Shown: positions 7,752 to 16,395 of the stretch, piece by piece
How positions within the stretch are numbered: position 1 is the first letter of the stretch
How the letters are laid out: each line of letters opens with the position of its first letter
Source of the DNA: a virus
Lineage: Duplodnaviria > Caudoviricetes
DNA: 33,318 bases
IMG/VR virus record: IMGVR_UViG_3300017716_000805
Coordinates: 1-33,318 of that record
Direction: 5' to 3' (one strand)
Program-made: the position numbers and the translations under genes
The notes under the pieces: model-generated
The model's database searches: none
The model's input: the letters and a program-made list of their open reading frames with translations, nothing else
What the model was told of the DNA's origin: nothing

Positions 7752-10141
7752 TGCCTACATATACGGTCCGCGCACCAAACGGTAAGACTTACAAAATCAC
7801 TGGTCCTGCCGGCGCTACCAACGCGCAGATCGAACGCGCGGTCCTTGAAGCGTACCCAGACGCGGGTGGCGCGGCGCCTCAATCAACCGCGCAGCGTGCT
7901 TTAGCTACAGCTAAGACAGACGCGCAGGCGCGACTGGCGCAAGCCCGCCGGTCTAACGACAAGTCGGCGGTGCAAACTTACTCCCGCGAAGTCGCGCGTC
8001 TTAGTAAGATGACGCCGCAACAGTTTTACAAAGCCCCCGGTAGGGCTGAAAGTTTTGTCAGCGGTTTGGTCGAAGGTGTTACCGAACCTATTGAGTTGGG
8101 GCTAAACCTTTTCGGTATCGGCGGCGACAAAGCGCAGCGCGAACGCGGTAAGTTCCGTTTACGCGAGTCGCAAAGACAATTCCCCGGCACAACAACAGCC
8201 GGCGAAATCACGGGTAACGTCCTCGCAACCGCGCCGGGCGTAGCTGCAACAGGTAGGGTTATCACCGCCGGCGGCAAACAACTCGCTAGGGTATTGCCGA
8301 AAGGAGGGGCTTCTGTTCAGCGCATCGGCACGGCAACGCGTACCGGCGGCCTTGGTGCTGGTCGCACTCCGGCGCAAACGGCGGCACTGACAAGGGGCCA
8401 GCGCGGCTTGCAATTGGCTGAACGGTCTTTAGGTGGTGCCATCGGCGGCGTTACGGCTGCGGCGCAGACGGGCGACGATTTGACTGAAGCCGCAACTTTT
8501 GGCGCAGGCTTGCCAGTAGTAGCCAACGTCCTGAAACGTCTCGGCGGAAAAGGCGTAGACTTGTTTCGCCTGTCCAAAGTGAAAGCCGGAAAGATTATCC
8601 GCGAGGCGCTAGGCGAGGATGTAGAAGCAGCAAAAGCTGCGTTCCGCGAACTATCCCCTGACGATCAGCGTCTGGCGCAGCAAGTCTTAGTTGAAGCTGG
8701 CGTTGAGCCTAGCGCGTATTTCGGTTTGGGTGATATTGCAGCCAAACAGATAGACCCTGACACGCCCGCCCGCATATTGGCGCAGCAAGAAGCAGCCCGC
8801 AACGCGCGCATGGCCGACATTTCAGGCGGCGGAAATGCGACCGCACAACGAGCAGCCGCCGAAGCAGGTCGCCGCGATGTCAATGTAGCCACAGGCCCAG
8901 CCCGCGACGCTGCACTTGCCCGCGTTAACGCGGTTGGCGGGGTAGTGTCTGATGCCGAAGCATTAGCAAATGCTGCCCGCCTGCAAGCAAGCGAACAGTC
9001 CGACCTCGCACGCCGTATGGTTTTTGCCGGCGAACGTCGCGGGCAATTTGCCGAAGATATAGGTGAGTTAAGGCCGGACGAAGTATCTACATCATTTCTT
9101 CAAAAGGTGCGCGGACAAGCAGGCGCAATGACGCAACGCGGCGAACAAGCCGCGCAGCAAGCTATCGGTTTACGACAGCAAGCCCGCGACATGGAAGATG
9201 TTGTGGCCGACCTAGCCGCCAAAGGCATGACGCCGTTACGCGTTGGGCCTATTGTGCAGCAGCTTCGCAGCATGGCAGCGCAGCCCGGCACACGCGCAGA
9301 TAAACTTCAGCCTGTAGCGCTTACAAATTTAGCTGATGACTTACAAGGTTTGGCTGACGCTAACGGCGTTATTGACGCGCGCGACTTGTACCAAATCCGC
9401 AAAAACGGATTAAACGACATTGTAGAAACGCTGCTTAGTGGACGGCAGCCGGGGTCTGGCACTAAAGAACGTACCGCGTCGCTGTTGACCAGCGCCCGCG
9501 AAATGATTGATAACGCTATTGAAGATTCAGGCGGTAAAGGATGGAAAGATTATCTTGTCCGCACCCGTCAAGGCTTTGAAACTGTTCAACGTCAAGAGTT
9601 AGCAGGTGAAGGCGCGCGGCTAACCAAAGAAAGCCCTGACGAGATGATTGCGCTCATGCGCGGCGACCGTCCGAACACTGTCGAAGACATCATGGGTACG
9701 GGTCAGTTTGACATCGGCGGCATGGCTCTTGCCGATCCGCGTCGTTACAACGCTATGAAAATGACGGCGGATGAACTGCAAAATCTTAACCGCATGGGTG
9801 AGTTAGCATCCCTTGGTCAAACGCGGGCGCAAAATATTTTGACCGCGCAACAACCCGGAAAGCTATCTAAGGCGGCTGGATCTATTATACGCGCTAAATA
9901 TCCATCATTAGCGTTCGCCGGTTCCGGTGCACAGGGCGCAACAAGCGCGATTGTAACACCCAACGTGCAGCGTGAAATTGCCAATGCATTCACAAGTGGA
10001 CGTGGCGCGTTGCAGGCTATTGAACAATATCCGACTGCGGCTCAGTTTTCTGCATATCTCAGCACGCTACCGTCGCCGGTGCGTAACGCATTTGCTCAGG
10101 CAATGCGCGCATACGGCACGCAAAACTCTTCTAACCAGTAA
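7751..10141 (+). CDS. Large ejection/internal virion protein
   Basis: 796 aa, Ala/Gly/Arg-rich; Y.V.APNG..Y.I.GP.GAT N-terminus; last gene before the lysis cassette. Confidence 0.7.
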   Translation: MPTYTVRAPNGKTYKITGPAGATNAQIERAVLEAYPDAGGAAPQSTAQRALATAKTDAQARLAQARRSNDKSAVQTYSREVARLSKMTPQQFYKAPGRAESFVSGLVEGVTEPIELGLNLFGIGGDKAQRERGKFRLRESQRQFPGTTTAGEITGNVLATAPGVAATGRVITAGGKQLARVLPKGGASVQRIGTATRTGGLGAGRTPAQTAALTRGQRGLQLAERSLGGAIGGVTAAAQTGDDLTEAATFGAGLPVVANVLKRLGGKGVDLFRLSKVKAGKIIREALGEDVEAAKAAFRELSPDDQRLAQQVLVEAGVEPSAYFGLGDIAAKQIDPDTPARILAQQEAARNARMADISGGGNATAQRAAAEAGRRDVNVATGPARDAALARVNAVGGVVSDAEALANAARLQASEQSDLARRMVFAGERRGQFAEDIGELRPDEVSTSFLQKVRGQAGAMTQRGEQAAQQAIGLRQQARDMEDVVADLAAKGMTPLRVGPIVQQLRSMAAQPGTRADKLQPVALTNLADDLQGLADANGVIDARDLYQIRKNGLNDIVETLLSGRQPGSGTKERTASLLTSAREMIDNAIEDSGGKGWKDYLVRTRQGFETVQRQELAGEGARLTKESPDEMIALMRGDRPNTVEDIMGTGQFDIGGMALADPRRYNAMKMTADELQNLNRMGELASLGQTRAQNILTAQQPGKLSKAAGSIIRAKYPSLAFAGSGAQGATSAIVTPNVQREIANAFTSGRGALQAIEQYPTAAQFSAYLSTLPSPVRNAFAQAMRAYGTQNSSNQ

Positions 10142-10151
10142 AGGCAGCGCC

Positions 10152-10331
10152 GTGACTTCTATTGACCAGACCCAAGCACAACTCAACACGCACGAACAGG
10201 TCTGCGCGTTCCGGTACGAGAGTATCTGTGCGCGGATGAAGCGCATTGAAAGCGTTGGTATGACCGCGGCGGGTACAATCATCATGCTGTTGGTGGGCAT
10301 ATTGATGAGCCTATTGCAGAGGGGTATTTGA
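10152..10331 (+). CDS. Small membrane protein (holin/antiholin-like, one C-terminal TM)
   Basis: GTG at 10152 after AAAGG avoids overlap with the upstream gene; HE..C..RY..I..R...IE coiled segment then AAGTIIMLLVGILMSLL; stop overlaps the endolysin ATG. Confidence 0.65.
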   Translation: MTSIDQTQAQLNTHEQVCAFRYESICARMKRIESVGMTAAGTIIMLLVGILMSLLQRGI

Positions 10332-10723
10332 TGTCCATCATCTTAGGCCAGCGCAGTCTAAACCGGCTTGAGGGCGTCCACCCTGACCTTGTTCGCGTTG
10401 TCAAGAAGGCTGCGGCGCTGTCGGACCTAGACTTCACGGTGCTGGAAGGTCTGCGTACCGTCGAGCGTCAGAAGCAGTTGGTCAACCAAGGTGCATCACG
10501 GACAATGAATTCACGCCACATCACCGGACACGCTGTTGACCTAGCGCCGATGATTGGCGGAGCAGTATCATGGGATTGGCCGCTGTATCATCGGCTGGCT
10601 AAGATCGTGAAGTCCGCTGCGGCGGATGAGAAAGTCCCGCTCGTATGGGGCGGCGATTGGCGTGCTTTCAAGGACGGCCCACATTGGGAACTGCCTTGGA
10701 AGTTTTATCCTAAGGGAGAATGA
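10331..10723 (+). CDS. Endolysin, M15 family peptidase (L-Ala-D-Glu peptidase type)
   Basis: L.GVHPDL, EGLRT..RQ, SRHITGHAVD (SxHxxGxAxD), WGGDW and DGPHWEL zinc-peptidase motifs. Confidence 0.92.
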   Translation: MSIILGQRSLNRLEGVHPDLVRVVKKAAALSDLDFTVLEGLRTVERQKQLVNQGASRTMNSRHITGHAVDLAPMIGGAVSWDWPLYHRLAKIVKSAAADEKVPLVWGGDWRAFKDGPHWELPWKFYPKGE

Positions 10724-10724
10724 C

Positions 10725-10907
10725 ATGAATTTTGTAAGCTGGTTGTTACATCGTTTGAAAGAGCCAAGTACTTACGCAGGTTTCGCCGGCCTCGCGCTGG
10801 CGTTTGGCCTGTCTGACGCTGAGTGGGTTGCCATTTCCACAGTGGTAGCTAGTTTGGCAGGCGTAATCGCTGTGTTCCTGTCTGAAAAGCCTGCGCCAGA
10901 CGCATGA
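10725..10907 (+). CDS. Putative holin (60 aa, two hydrophobic segments)
   Basis: GGGAG RBS, ATG 10725; RLKEPSTYAG motif followed by two TM-like stretches; between the endolysin and spanins. Confidence 0.7.
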   Translation: MNFVSWLLHRLKEPSTYAGFAGLALAFGLSDAEWVAISTVVASLAGVIAVFLSEKPAPDA

Positions 10908-11125
10908 TAAAACTACTGTCGTCTTTGCTGTCGTTGCTTGACCGCCTCTGGGCGGCGTGGTCCGAAAACAAGCTGCGGCAGCAAGGACGTCAGGAAGCTA
11001 TCAAGGAAGCGAACGATGAAATTAACAGACAAATCGAACTTGGTGAAGCTGCCATTGCTGTTCCTGATCCTGAACGCGATGAGCGGCTGCGCAACCGTTT
11101 CGACAGAAGCCGTACCCCTAAATAG
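10904..11125 (+). CDS. Rz: Inner-membrane spanin (Rz-like)
   Basis: Hydrophobic N-terminus then a charged helical segment; overlaps a lipoprotein ORF in another frame. Confidence 0.65.
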   Translation: MIKLLSSLLSLLDRLWAAWSENKLRQQGRQEAIKEANDEINRQIELGEAAIAVPDPERDERLRNRFDRSRTPK

Positions 11126-11255
11126 CTATTGTGCTATTGCAAAACCTATCACCTATGACGCGACAAAAGACACGCCTGAGACGGTAGCCGAAGTCGAATT
11201 ACATAACGGTGTCTTTGTTTGTTTATGTGAGCAGGACTGTCCGAAAGGCTCATAG
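11016..11255 (+). CDS. Rz1: Outer-membrane lipoprotein spanin (Rz1-like)
   Basis: AAGGAAG then ATG 11016; signal MKLTDKSNLVKLPLLFLILNAMSG-C with lipobox; C...KPI and HN......C motifs; overlaps Rz. Confidence 0.7.
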   Translation: MKLTDKSNLVKLPLLFLILNAMSGCATVSTEAVPLNSYCAIAKPITYDATKDTPETVAEVELHNGVFVCLCEQDCPKGS

Positions 11256-11257
11256 CC

Positions 11258-12436
11258 ATGCCCGCCAGTGTAACCATCGACGAAAATTTATTTAAATACT
11301 GCACCCCAAGACAGCTCGAAATTTTAAAAGCCATAGACCGCCTTGGAAGCGCAAAGGCTGCCTCGATTGAATTGGGGCTAAACAAAGGCGGCGCCAGCGA
11401 GACCTACATCGACGTTAAACGCAAGGCCGCCAAGTTTGGTTACGCACCGGAGCATGACTTTACCCGGCCAGTGCCGGAGGGCTTTGTCGCCAAGGGCGTC
11501 AGCACATACTACAACTCCGAAGGCAAACCATCAGGCCAATGGGTCAAGGCATCCCTTAGCCATCAGGCACTCGCAGAGGCCATGCGTGATGCCATCGCAG
11601 GCTTCAAGGATGAGATACAGCCAGTGGCTGCTATCGCTGCTCCAGCGGCGTCTGAGGAGCATCTGTGCAACCTGTACACCTTTACCGATTACCACCTCGG
11701 AATGCTGGCATGGCATCAGGAAGGCGGGGCTGATTGGTCCGTCTCCATCGCAGAGAAAACTATCATCGCTGCGCTCGTACAGATGGTCAATCAAAGCCCT
11801 AACGCACACACAGGGGTACTCAATATCCAAGGTGACTTCTTGCATACGGACGGCAAGACACCTGTGACGCCCGCGTCGAAGCACGTTCTGGACGCGGACA
11901 GTCGCTTCCCCAAGATACGCCGGGCAGCGATACGGATTATCCGCTCACTGGTGACGGTCTGTTTGCAGCGGCATCAGGAAGTGCAACTGATTATTGCCGA
12001 AGGCAACCACGACGAAGAGAGCGCCGGCTGGCTGTCCGATCTGTTCGCGGTGCATTACGAAGAAGAGCCGCGCGTTACGGTCAACGACAGCGTCCTGCCG
12101 TTCTACGTCTTCGAGTGGGGCACTACCATGCTGGGTGTGCATCACGGCCACAAAGTCAAGAACGAAAGTCTACCGCTGCTGTTCGCCGCACAGTTTCCGC
12201 AAGCGTGGGGTCGCACGACCCGCCGTGAGATACACTGCGGGCACCGCCATCACAGGGATGAAAAAGAATATAATGGTGTGACAGTTGTGCAACATCCTAC
12301 ACTTAGTGCCAGAGACGCATACGCTGCGCGCGGCGGCTGGATTGCAGACCGCGCTGCTTGGGCCATCACCTACCATAAGAACTACGGCGCTGTTGGCCGC
12401 GTCATGGTCACAACTGAAATGCTAAGTGACGTGTAG
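11258..12436 (+). CDS. N-terminal HTH plus calcineurin-like metallophosphoesterase
   Basis: TPRQ.EIL......GS...A...LG HTH-like start; DYH, GDFLH, GNHD, HHGH and GHRH metallophosphoesterase motifs. Confidence 0.8.
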   Translation: MPASVTIDENLFKYCTPRQLEILKAIDRLGSAKAASIELGLNKGGASETYIDVKRKAAKFGYAPEHDFTRPVPEGFVAKGVSTYYNSEGKPSGQWVKASLSHQALAEAMRDAIAGFKDEIQPVAAIAAPAASEEHLCNLYTFTDYHLGMLAWHQEGGADWSVSIAEKTIIAALVQMVNQSPNAHTGVLNIQGDFLHTDGKTPVTPASKHVLDADSRFPKIRRAAIRIIRSLVTVCLQRHQEVQLIIAEGNHDEESAGWLSDLFAVHYEEEPRVTVNDSVLPFYVFEWGTTMLGVHHGHKVKNESLPLLFAAQFPQAWGRTTRREIHCGHRHHRDEKEYNGVTVVQHPTLSARDAYAARGGWIADRAAWAITYHKNYGAVGRVMVTTEMLSDV

Positions 12437-12688
12437 GCTGTCGTACCAACGCTCCAGATACCAGATAGCCTTGCGTACCTCTTGCCCTACCGCGTCCTTG
12501 CGGCCCGCGCGGCTGATGTACTTCATGGCATTACCGCGGCAGTAACCGGCGAACTCTTCCGGCGATAGCTTCGCCTGAATGTAGTCAATAGCTTCTATAC
12601 CGCCGGCCTTGTAATGGTCAGGCTCGACTGCCGCTTTAAACTTCAGTGCTTCTGCCCATGCGCCAGCATCGCTCTTGTCGTCTATCAT
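12422..12688 (-). CDS. DUF3310 (SaV-like / T7 gp1.7-related) protein
   Basis: P.HY..GGIEAIDYI...GYCRGN..KY..RAG.K......KA.WYL signature. Confidence 0.85.
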   Translation of the reverse strand: MIDDKSDAGAWAEALKFKAAVEPDHYKAGGIEAIDYIQAKLSPEEFAGYCRGNAMKYISRAGRKDAVGQEVRKAIWYLERWYDSLHVT

Positions 12689-12876
12689 CGTGAAAGTCCT
12701 TCCATAATCTCACTACGCTCTCTTGCCGTCCGCATTGCAGAGTAACGCTGATGCAGTCGCCGGGCGAGGGCTGGCCGTTTGTGTGTCTGCAATTCAACGT
12801 CCAGCGCCTGCTTCAGTTCGTCTTCTGTAAGGTCGGACAGCACGGCGATCATCGACCGCCAGTTTAGTTTACTCAT
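12685..12876 (-). CDS. Hypothetical protein
   Basis: Overlap-coupled to both neighbours; GAGG RBS. Confidence 0.75.
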   Translation of the reverse strand: MSKLNWRSMIAVLSDLTEDELKQALDVELQTHKRPALARRLHQRYSAMRTARERSEIMEGLSR

Positions 12877-14182
12877 TTTTAAGTTCCTCTAATGCAATGT
12901 CGGACACTGCACGCTTGTCGTGCAGCGCCGCCCATATGCGTTCGTCAATAGTCTTTTCAGTCAGCATCACATAGACCCACACATCCTTGGTCTGGCCGCT
13001 GCGGTGCAAGCGTCCGACCGTCTGCTCGTACAGTTCCAGCGACCACGGCAGCGACAAGAATACCATGTGGCATCCGCCGTGCTGTAGGTTCAGGCCGTGG
13101 CCTGCCGACTTAGGGTGGACCAGTAGCAACTCGACTTGCCCCGCGTTCCAGTGTTCAATGACGTTGGGGTCATCCATCGTCTTGGCGTGCGGGAAGCGGC
13201 GCTTCAGTTCAGCCAACTCTTCCTGATATGTGTACGCGATGATAGTGTTGGCCCGCTGGTTCTCCGCCAGCAATTCTTCCAGCCGTTCAAACTTGTGGTT
13301 GCTAAACCATATCGACGGTGTGCCAACGCCGCGGTTGTAGACAAACCCAGACGCCATCTGTTGCAGCTTGGTCGTTGCCGCCGCAGCGTTCTGCGCTACG
13401 ATCTGGTCGCTGCCGAAACGCGTCACATACTCGCGCTTCATCTCATCATACGGTTTGCGGTCGTCCAGCGTGACGCGCACCTCAGTGACGTGGCATGGTG
13501 GCAGCTTGTCCTTATACTCGCCCGGCTCCAGCACGAACGTCGCAGGACGGATGCGGTCCATGACTTGCTCCAGCGCACCGGCTGCCGGAATCCATTGACC
13601 AAACTCGCGGTTGGTGCAGATGAAATACTGCTGCATGAACGCACCCTTGGCACGGCCCAGCAGCCCTTGGTCAATAATCTTGCATTGGCCGAAGACATCC
13701 TCCAGCCCGTTCGACGTGAACGAGCCTGTCAAGCCCCAGCGTATCCTCATCGTAGACATAATTTTCTCCAAAGCCTTAAAGCGTTTGCCGCTGGGGTTCT
13801 TCAACCGCGTCAGTTCGTCAAACACCACTCCATCAAAACTTGATAAATCCTCTAGCTTATCCAGATTGTCGTAGTTAATGACCACGACACTAGCATCACT
13901 CTTGAGCGCGGCGGCGCGCTGCGACGGGGGGCCAACAGCCAGCGCGGGAGTGATGCTAGACCACTTCGGCGCTTCCACCGGCCACACATCCGTGCAGACA
14001 CGCTTTGGCGCCACCACCAGCCAGCGGTTGACGATGCCATCGCGCAGCATCTCATCCATCGCCGTCAAAGTAATGGCGGTCTTGCCCGCGCCGACAGGCG
14101 CAAGGATCATGGCGCGGTCGTTCTCGTACAGGAACGTCGCCGCCTGCTCCTGATACGGCCTTAGCTGAAGCGTTTTAGCCAT
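12869..14182 (-). CDS. SNF2-family (SF2) DNA helicase
   Basis: LRPYQ, GAGKT, VVFDE, LTGS, SAGHGLNLQ and Q..GRL.R.GQ motifs. Confidence 0.92.
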   Translation of the reverse strand: MAKTLQLRPYQEQAATFLYENDRAMILAPVGAGKTAITLTAMDEMLRDGIVNRWLVVAPKRVCTDVWPVEAPKWSSITPALAVGPPSQRAAALKSDASVVVINYDNLDKLEDLSSFDGVVFDELTRLKNPSGKRFKALEKIMSTMRIRWGLTGSFTSNGLEDVFGQCKIIDQGLLGRAKGAFMQQYFICTNREFGQWIPAAGALEQVMDRIRPATFVLEPGEYKDKLPPCHVTEVRVTLDDRKPYDEMKREYVTRFGSDQIVAQNAAAATTKLQQMASGFVYNRGVGTPSIWFSNHKFERLEELLAENQRANTIIAYTYQEELAELKRRFPHAKTMDDPNVIEHWNAGQVELLLVHPKSAGHGLNLQHGGCHMVFLSLPWSLELYEQTVGRLHRSGQTKDVWVYVMLTEKTIDERIWAALHDKRAVSDIALEELKNE

Positions 14183-14436
14183 TCATCTATATCCTCTACT
14201 GACCACAGGCAGGCGTAGTGCTGCTTGGTGTGCGTCATCTCATCTGCAAAGATACGCTGCAACGCAGACAGGCGCCCGCCAGCTTTCTTCAGTTCAATAA
14301 ACCAAGCCTCACCGTTGGGCATACAGGCTATGCGATCAGCGACGCCCGCCTGCGTAACGCTGCGGAACTTATAGGCAAAGCCGCCGGCTGCCCGCACACG
14401 TTTACAGAAGTACCGCTCTATTTCTTTCTCAGTCAG
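14161..14436 (-). CDS. VRR-NUC domain nuclease; likely start is CTG at 14436 (first GTG at 14397)
   Basis: GVADRI...FIELK..GGRLS.LQ motif; the frame extends to (L)TEKEIERYF, the typical family N-terminus, with in-frame TAG four codons further upstream. Confidence 0.8.
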   Translation of the reverse strand: MTEKEIERYFCKRVRAAGGFAYKFRSVTQAGVADRIACMPNGEAWFIELKKAGGRLSALQRIFADEMTHTKQHYACLWSVEDIDEWLKRFS

Positions 14437-14442
14437 GACGAA

Positions 14443-14471
14443 GGGCTACTACAAAATTTTTTGCATTTCAA
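14443..14471 (-). promoter_or_regulatory. Leftward sigma70-type promoter (nuclease/helicase operon)
   Basis: TTGAAA-N17-TAGCCC on the minus strand, 6 nt before the CTG. Confidence 0.5.
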
Positions 14472-14474
14472 GGC

Positions 14475-14502
14475 TTGCATCAAATTTTGTTGTCTGTATG
14501 CT
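14475..14502 (+). promoter_or_regulatory. Rightward sigma70-type promoter (replication operon)
   Basis: TTGCAT-N16-TATGCT upstream of the AAGGAAGG RBS. Confidence 0.6.
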
Positions 14503-14532
14503 GGCCGCTCAAACAGTAAAGGAAGGTTCAGT

Positions 14533-15654
14533 ATGCAGCATAGTAAGATAGTCGGCGGCTCTACCGCCAAGCGCGTCATCGCCTGCCCCGGCAGCGTGGC
14601 GCTGGTGGACACCGTACCGCCGAAGCCCAGCAGCAGCTACGCCGACGAAGGCACGCTCCTGCATGACACCATAGCGTCTGTATTAGAGCGTGACCTTGAC
14701 CCGTACAGCTTGGTCGGCGGAACATACGCTAGTAGCGTACTGACAGAAGCGTTGGTTGATGATAAACTTGTCCCTGCGCTGCGTGCGCTGGACGAAGTAG
14801 ACCCTACAGGGGAGATGACGTATGCGGTTGAAAGCCGGGTTGGTTTTGGTAATTTTCTGCCTGACGTTTTTGGTTCTACCGATCTTCTTGGTCGCATTGG
14901 TGATAGAGCGATTGTTCTGGATTGGAAGTTTGGCGATGGCGTGGCTGTCGAAGCCACCGAAAACGCCCAGCTTCTCTTCTACGCTGCGGCGGCTAAACGC
15001 ACGGCGGAAACAGCGTGGGCCTTCGAAGGCGCCACCGAAGTCGAACTAATCATTGTCCAGCCGCCCTACGTCAAGCGTTGGGTGACCACATTAGACCGCG
15101 TTGACGCGTTCGAGAAAGAACTTGCCGCTGCCGTCAAGGTTGCGATGCAGCCCAACGCGCCGTTGGCATCAGGCGACCATTGCAAGTGGTGTGCTGCCAA
15201 GCCTGTCTGTCCTATCATGACGGGCGCTGTAGACCGCGCGCTGAAGGCCAAGCTGGAAGCGTTGCCTGTCGAGCAGATAGCGCATTATCTGGAACAGGTG
15301 CCGCTGATCGAAGGGTTCATCAAGGACTTGCAACAGTTGGCGCACGGGCTTCTGGAAGAAGGACAGAAAGTCCCCGGATGGAAGCTGGTCAACAAACGCG
15401 CCACAAGACAGTGGACAAACGAGGATAAGGCTGTAGCATTCCTGACCAGTGTTGGTGTAGAAGCATGGGGCGACCCCAAGCCGCTGTCACCAGCCCAAGC
15501 GGAAAAGGCTTTGAAGAAAGCCAAAATAGAATTGCCGGCGGACTTAGTTGTCGCCGTCTCCAGTGGCTCTACCCTTGCGCCGGCAAATGATGCACGGCCA
15601 GAGGTTTTGCAAATCGGACAGATGCTTACCAAAGCTATGTCTAAAATCCAGTAA
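14533..15654 (+). CDS. DUF2800 PD-(D/E)XK (Cas4-like) exonuclease
   Basis: ATG 14533 with strong RBS; HS....S...R...CPGS, A.EGT..H, FGS.D, DWKFG.G, N.QL..YA and G.HC.WC.....C motifs. Confidence 0.85.
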   Translation: MQHSKIVGGSTAKRVIACPGSVALVDTVPPKPSSSYADEGTLLHDTIASVLERDLDPYSLVGGTYASSVLTEALVDDKLVPALRALDEVDPTGEMTYAVESRVGFGNFLPDVFGSTDLLGRIGDRAIVLDWKFGDGVAVEATENAQLLFYAAAAKRTAETAWAFEGATEVELIIVQPPYVKRWVTTLDRVDAFEKELAAAVKVAMQPNAPLASGDHCKWCAAKPVCPIMTGAVDRALKAKLEALPVEQIAHYLEQVPLIEGFIKDLQQLAHGLLEEGQKVPGWKLVNKRATRQWTNEDKAVAFLTSVGVEAWGDPKPLSPAQAEKALKKAKIELPADLVVAVSSGSTLAPANDARPEVLQIGQMLTKAMSKIQ

Positions 15655-15672
15655 CAGAAAAGGTACAATACA

Positions 15673-16335
15673 ATGTCGAACATCACTACTTTTGGCGGCG
15701 CTAACTTGCCGTCCGTTCAATCACTCTCTGGCGCTTTGCGTTCCATTCAGTCGGAAGTTGCGCCCGGTGGCACAGTCATCCTAAAGATGGACAAGACAGG
15801 CCATTGGGTTTTCGGTGCCGACCAGACCGAAGTTGAGGACGGCAGCCTGTGGGCCGCTAATCCTTTCTCGTTCGTGCATGGCTACATCGCATGGGGTAAA
15901 GGCGAAGTGCTGGCTGAAAAGCTGGTGCCGGTATCAGAGCCGCTGCCACAGCTTGACCCTGCGCCTTCAGGTGCCGAACGCGGTTGGGAAATGCAGGTCG
16001 GCATGATGCTGGTATGCACCAACGGTGAAGACAAGGACATGCAGGCACGCTTCACGGCTACGTCCGTCGGCGGTAAGCGCGCTGTGCAGGCATTGGCTGT
16101 TGCCATTGCCGATCAGGTAGAGAAAGACCAAACAAAGCCAGTGCCATTGCTCTCACTGAAGACTGAGCATTATCAGCACAAGACCTATGGCCGTATCTTT
16201 ACACCTATTTTCGACATCGTTGAATGGGTGTCGATGGATACTGATACGGTTACCGAAACAGAGGAAGCGGAGTTGGAAGTCGCCGCTGAACCTGAAGCCG
16301 CTGGGGGTGCGCGTCGTCGTCGTCGCGTAGTTTAA
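15673..16335 (+). CDS. Putative ssDNA-binding protein
   Basis: Between the exonuclease and PolA; aromatic-rich beta core and acidic C-terminal stretch. Function inferred from synteny. Confidence 0.6.
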   Translation: MSNITTFGGANLPSVQSLSGALRSIQSEVAPGGTVILKMDKTGHWVFGADQTEVEDGSLWAANPFSFVHGYIAWGKGEVLAEKLVPVSEPLPQLDPAPSGAERGWEMQVGMMLVCTNGEDKDMQARFTATSVGGKRAVQALAVAIADQVEKDQTKPVPLLSLKTEHYQHKTYGRIFTPIFDIVEWVSMDTDTVTETEEAELEVAAEPEAAGGARRRRRVV

Positions 16336-16340
16336 GGGGC

Positions 16341-16377
16341 GCGAAAGCCGGGGCGTCCACCCGCCCCGGCGAGTAGC
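16341..16377 (+). promoter_or_regulatory. Structured RNA element upstream of the DNA polymerase gene
   Basis: GC-GAAA-GCCGGGGCG-TCCACC-CGCCCCGGC-GAGTA-GC: 9-bp stem with a GAAA/GAGUA internal loop and no U-tract. Confidence 0.5.
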
Positions 16378-16395
16378 AGAAGAGTGAGAACTTCT

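Noticed and set aside
9972-10151. Longer start for the holin-like ORF
   Set aside because: It would overlap the ejection gene by 170 nt; GTG 10152 fits better.
13136-13843. 235-aa ORF antisense to the helicase, and similar antisense/alternate-frame ORFs throughout
   Set aside because: Expected shadow ORFs of GC-rich coding sequence; no RBS or motifs.
14218-14532. 105-aa N-terminal extension of the DUF2800 ORF in the ORF track
   Set aside because: It overlaps VRR-NUC and the promoters; a strong RBS and the family N-terminus point to ATG 14533.
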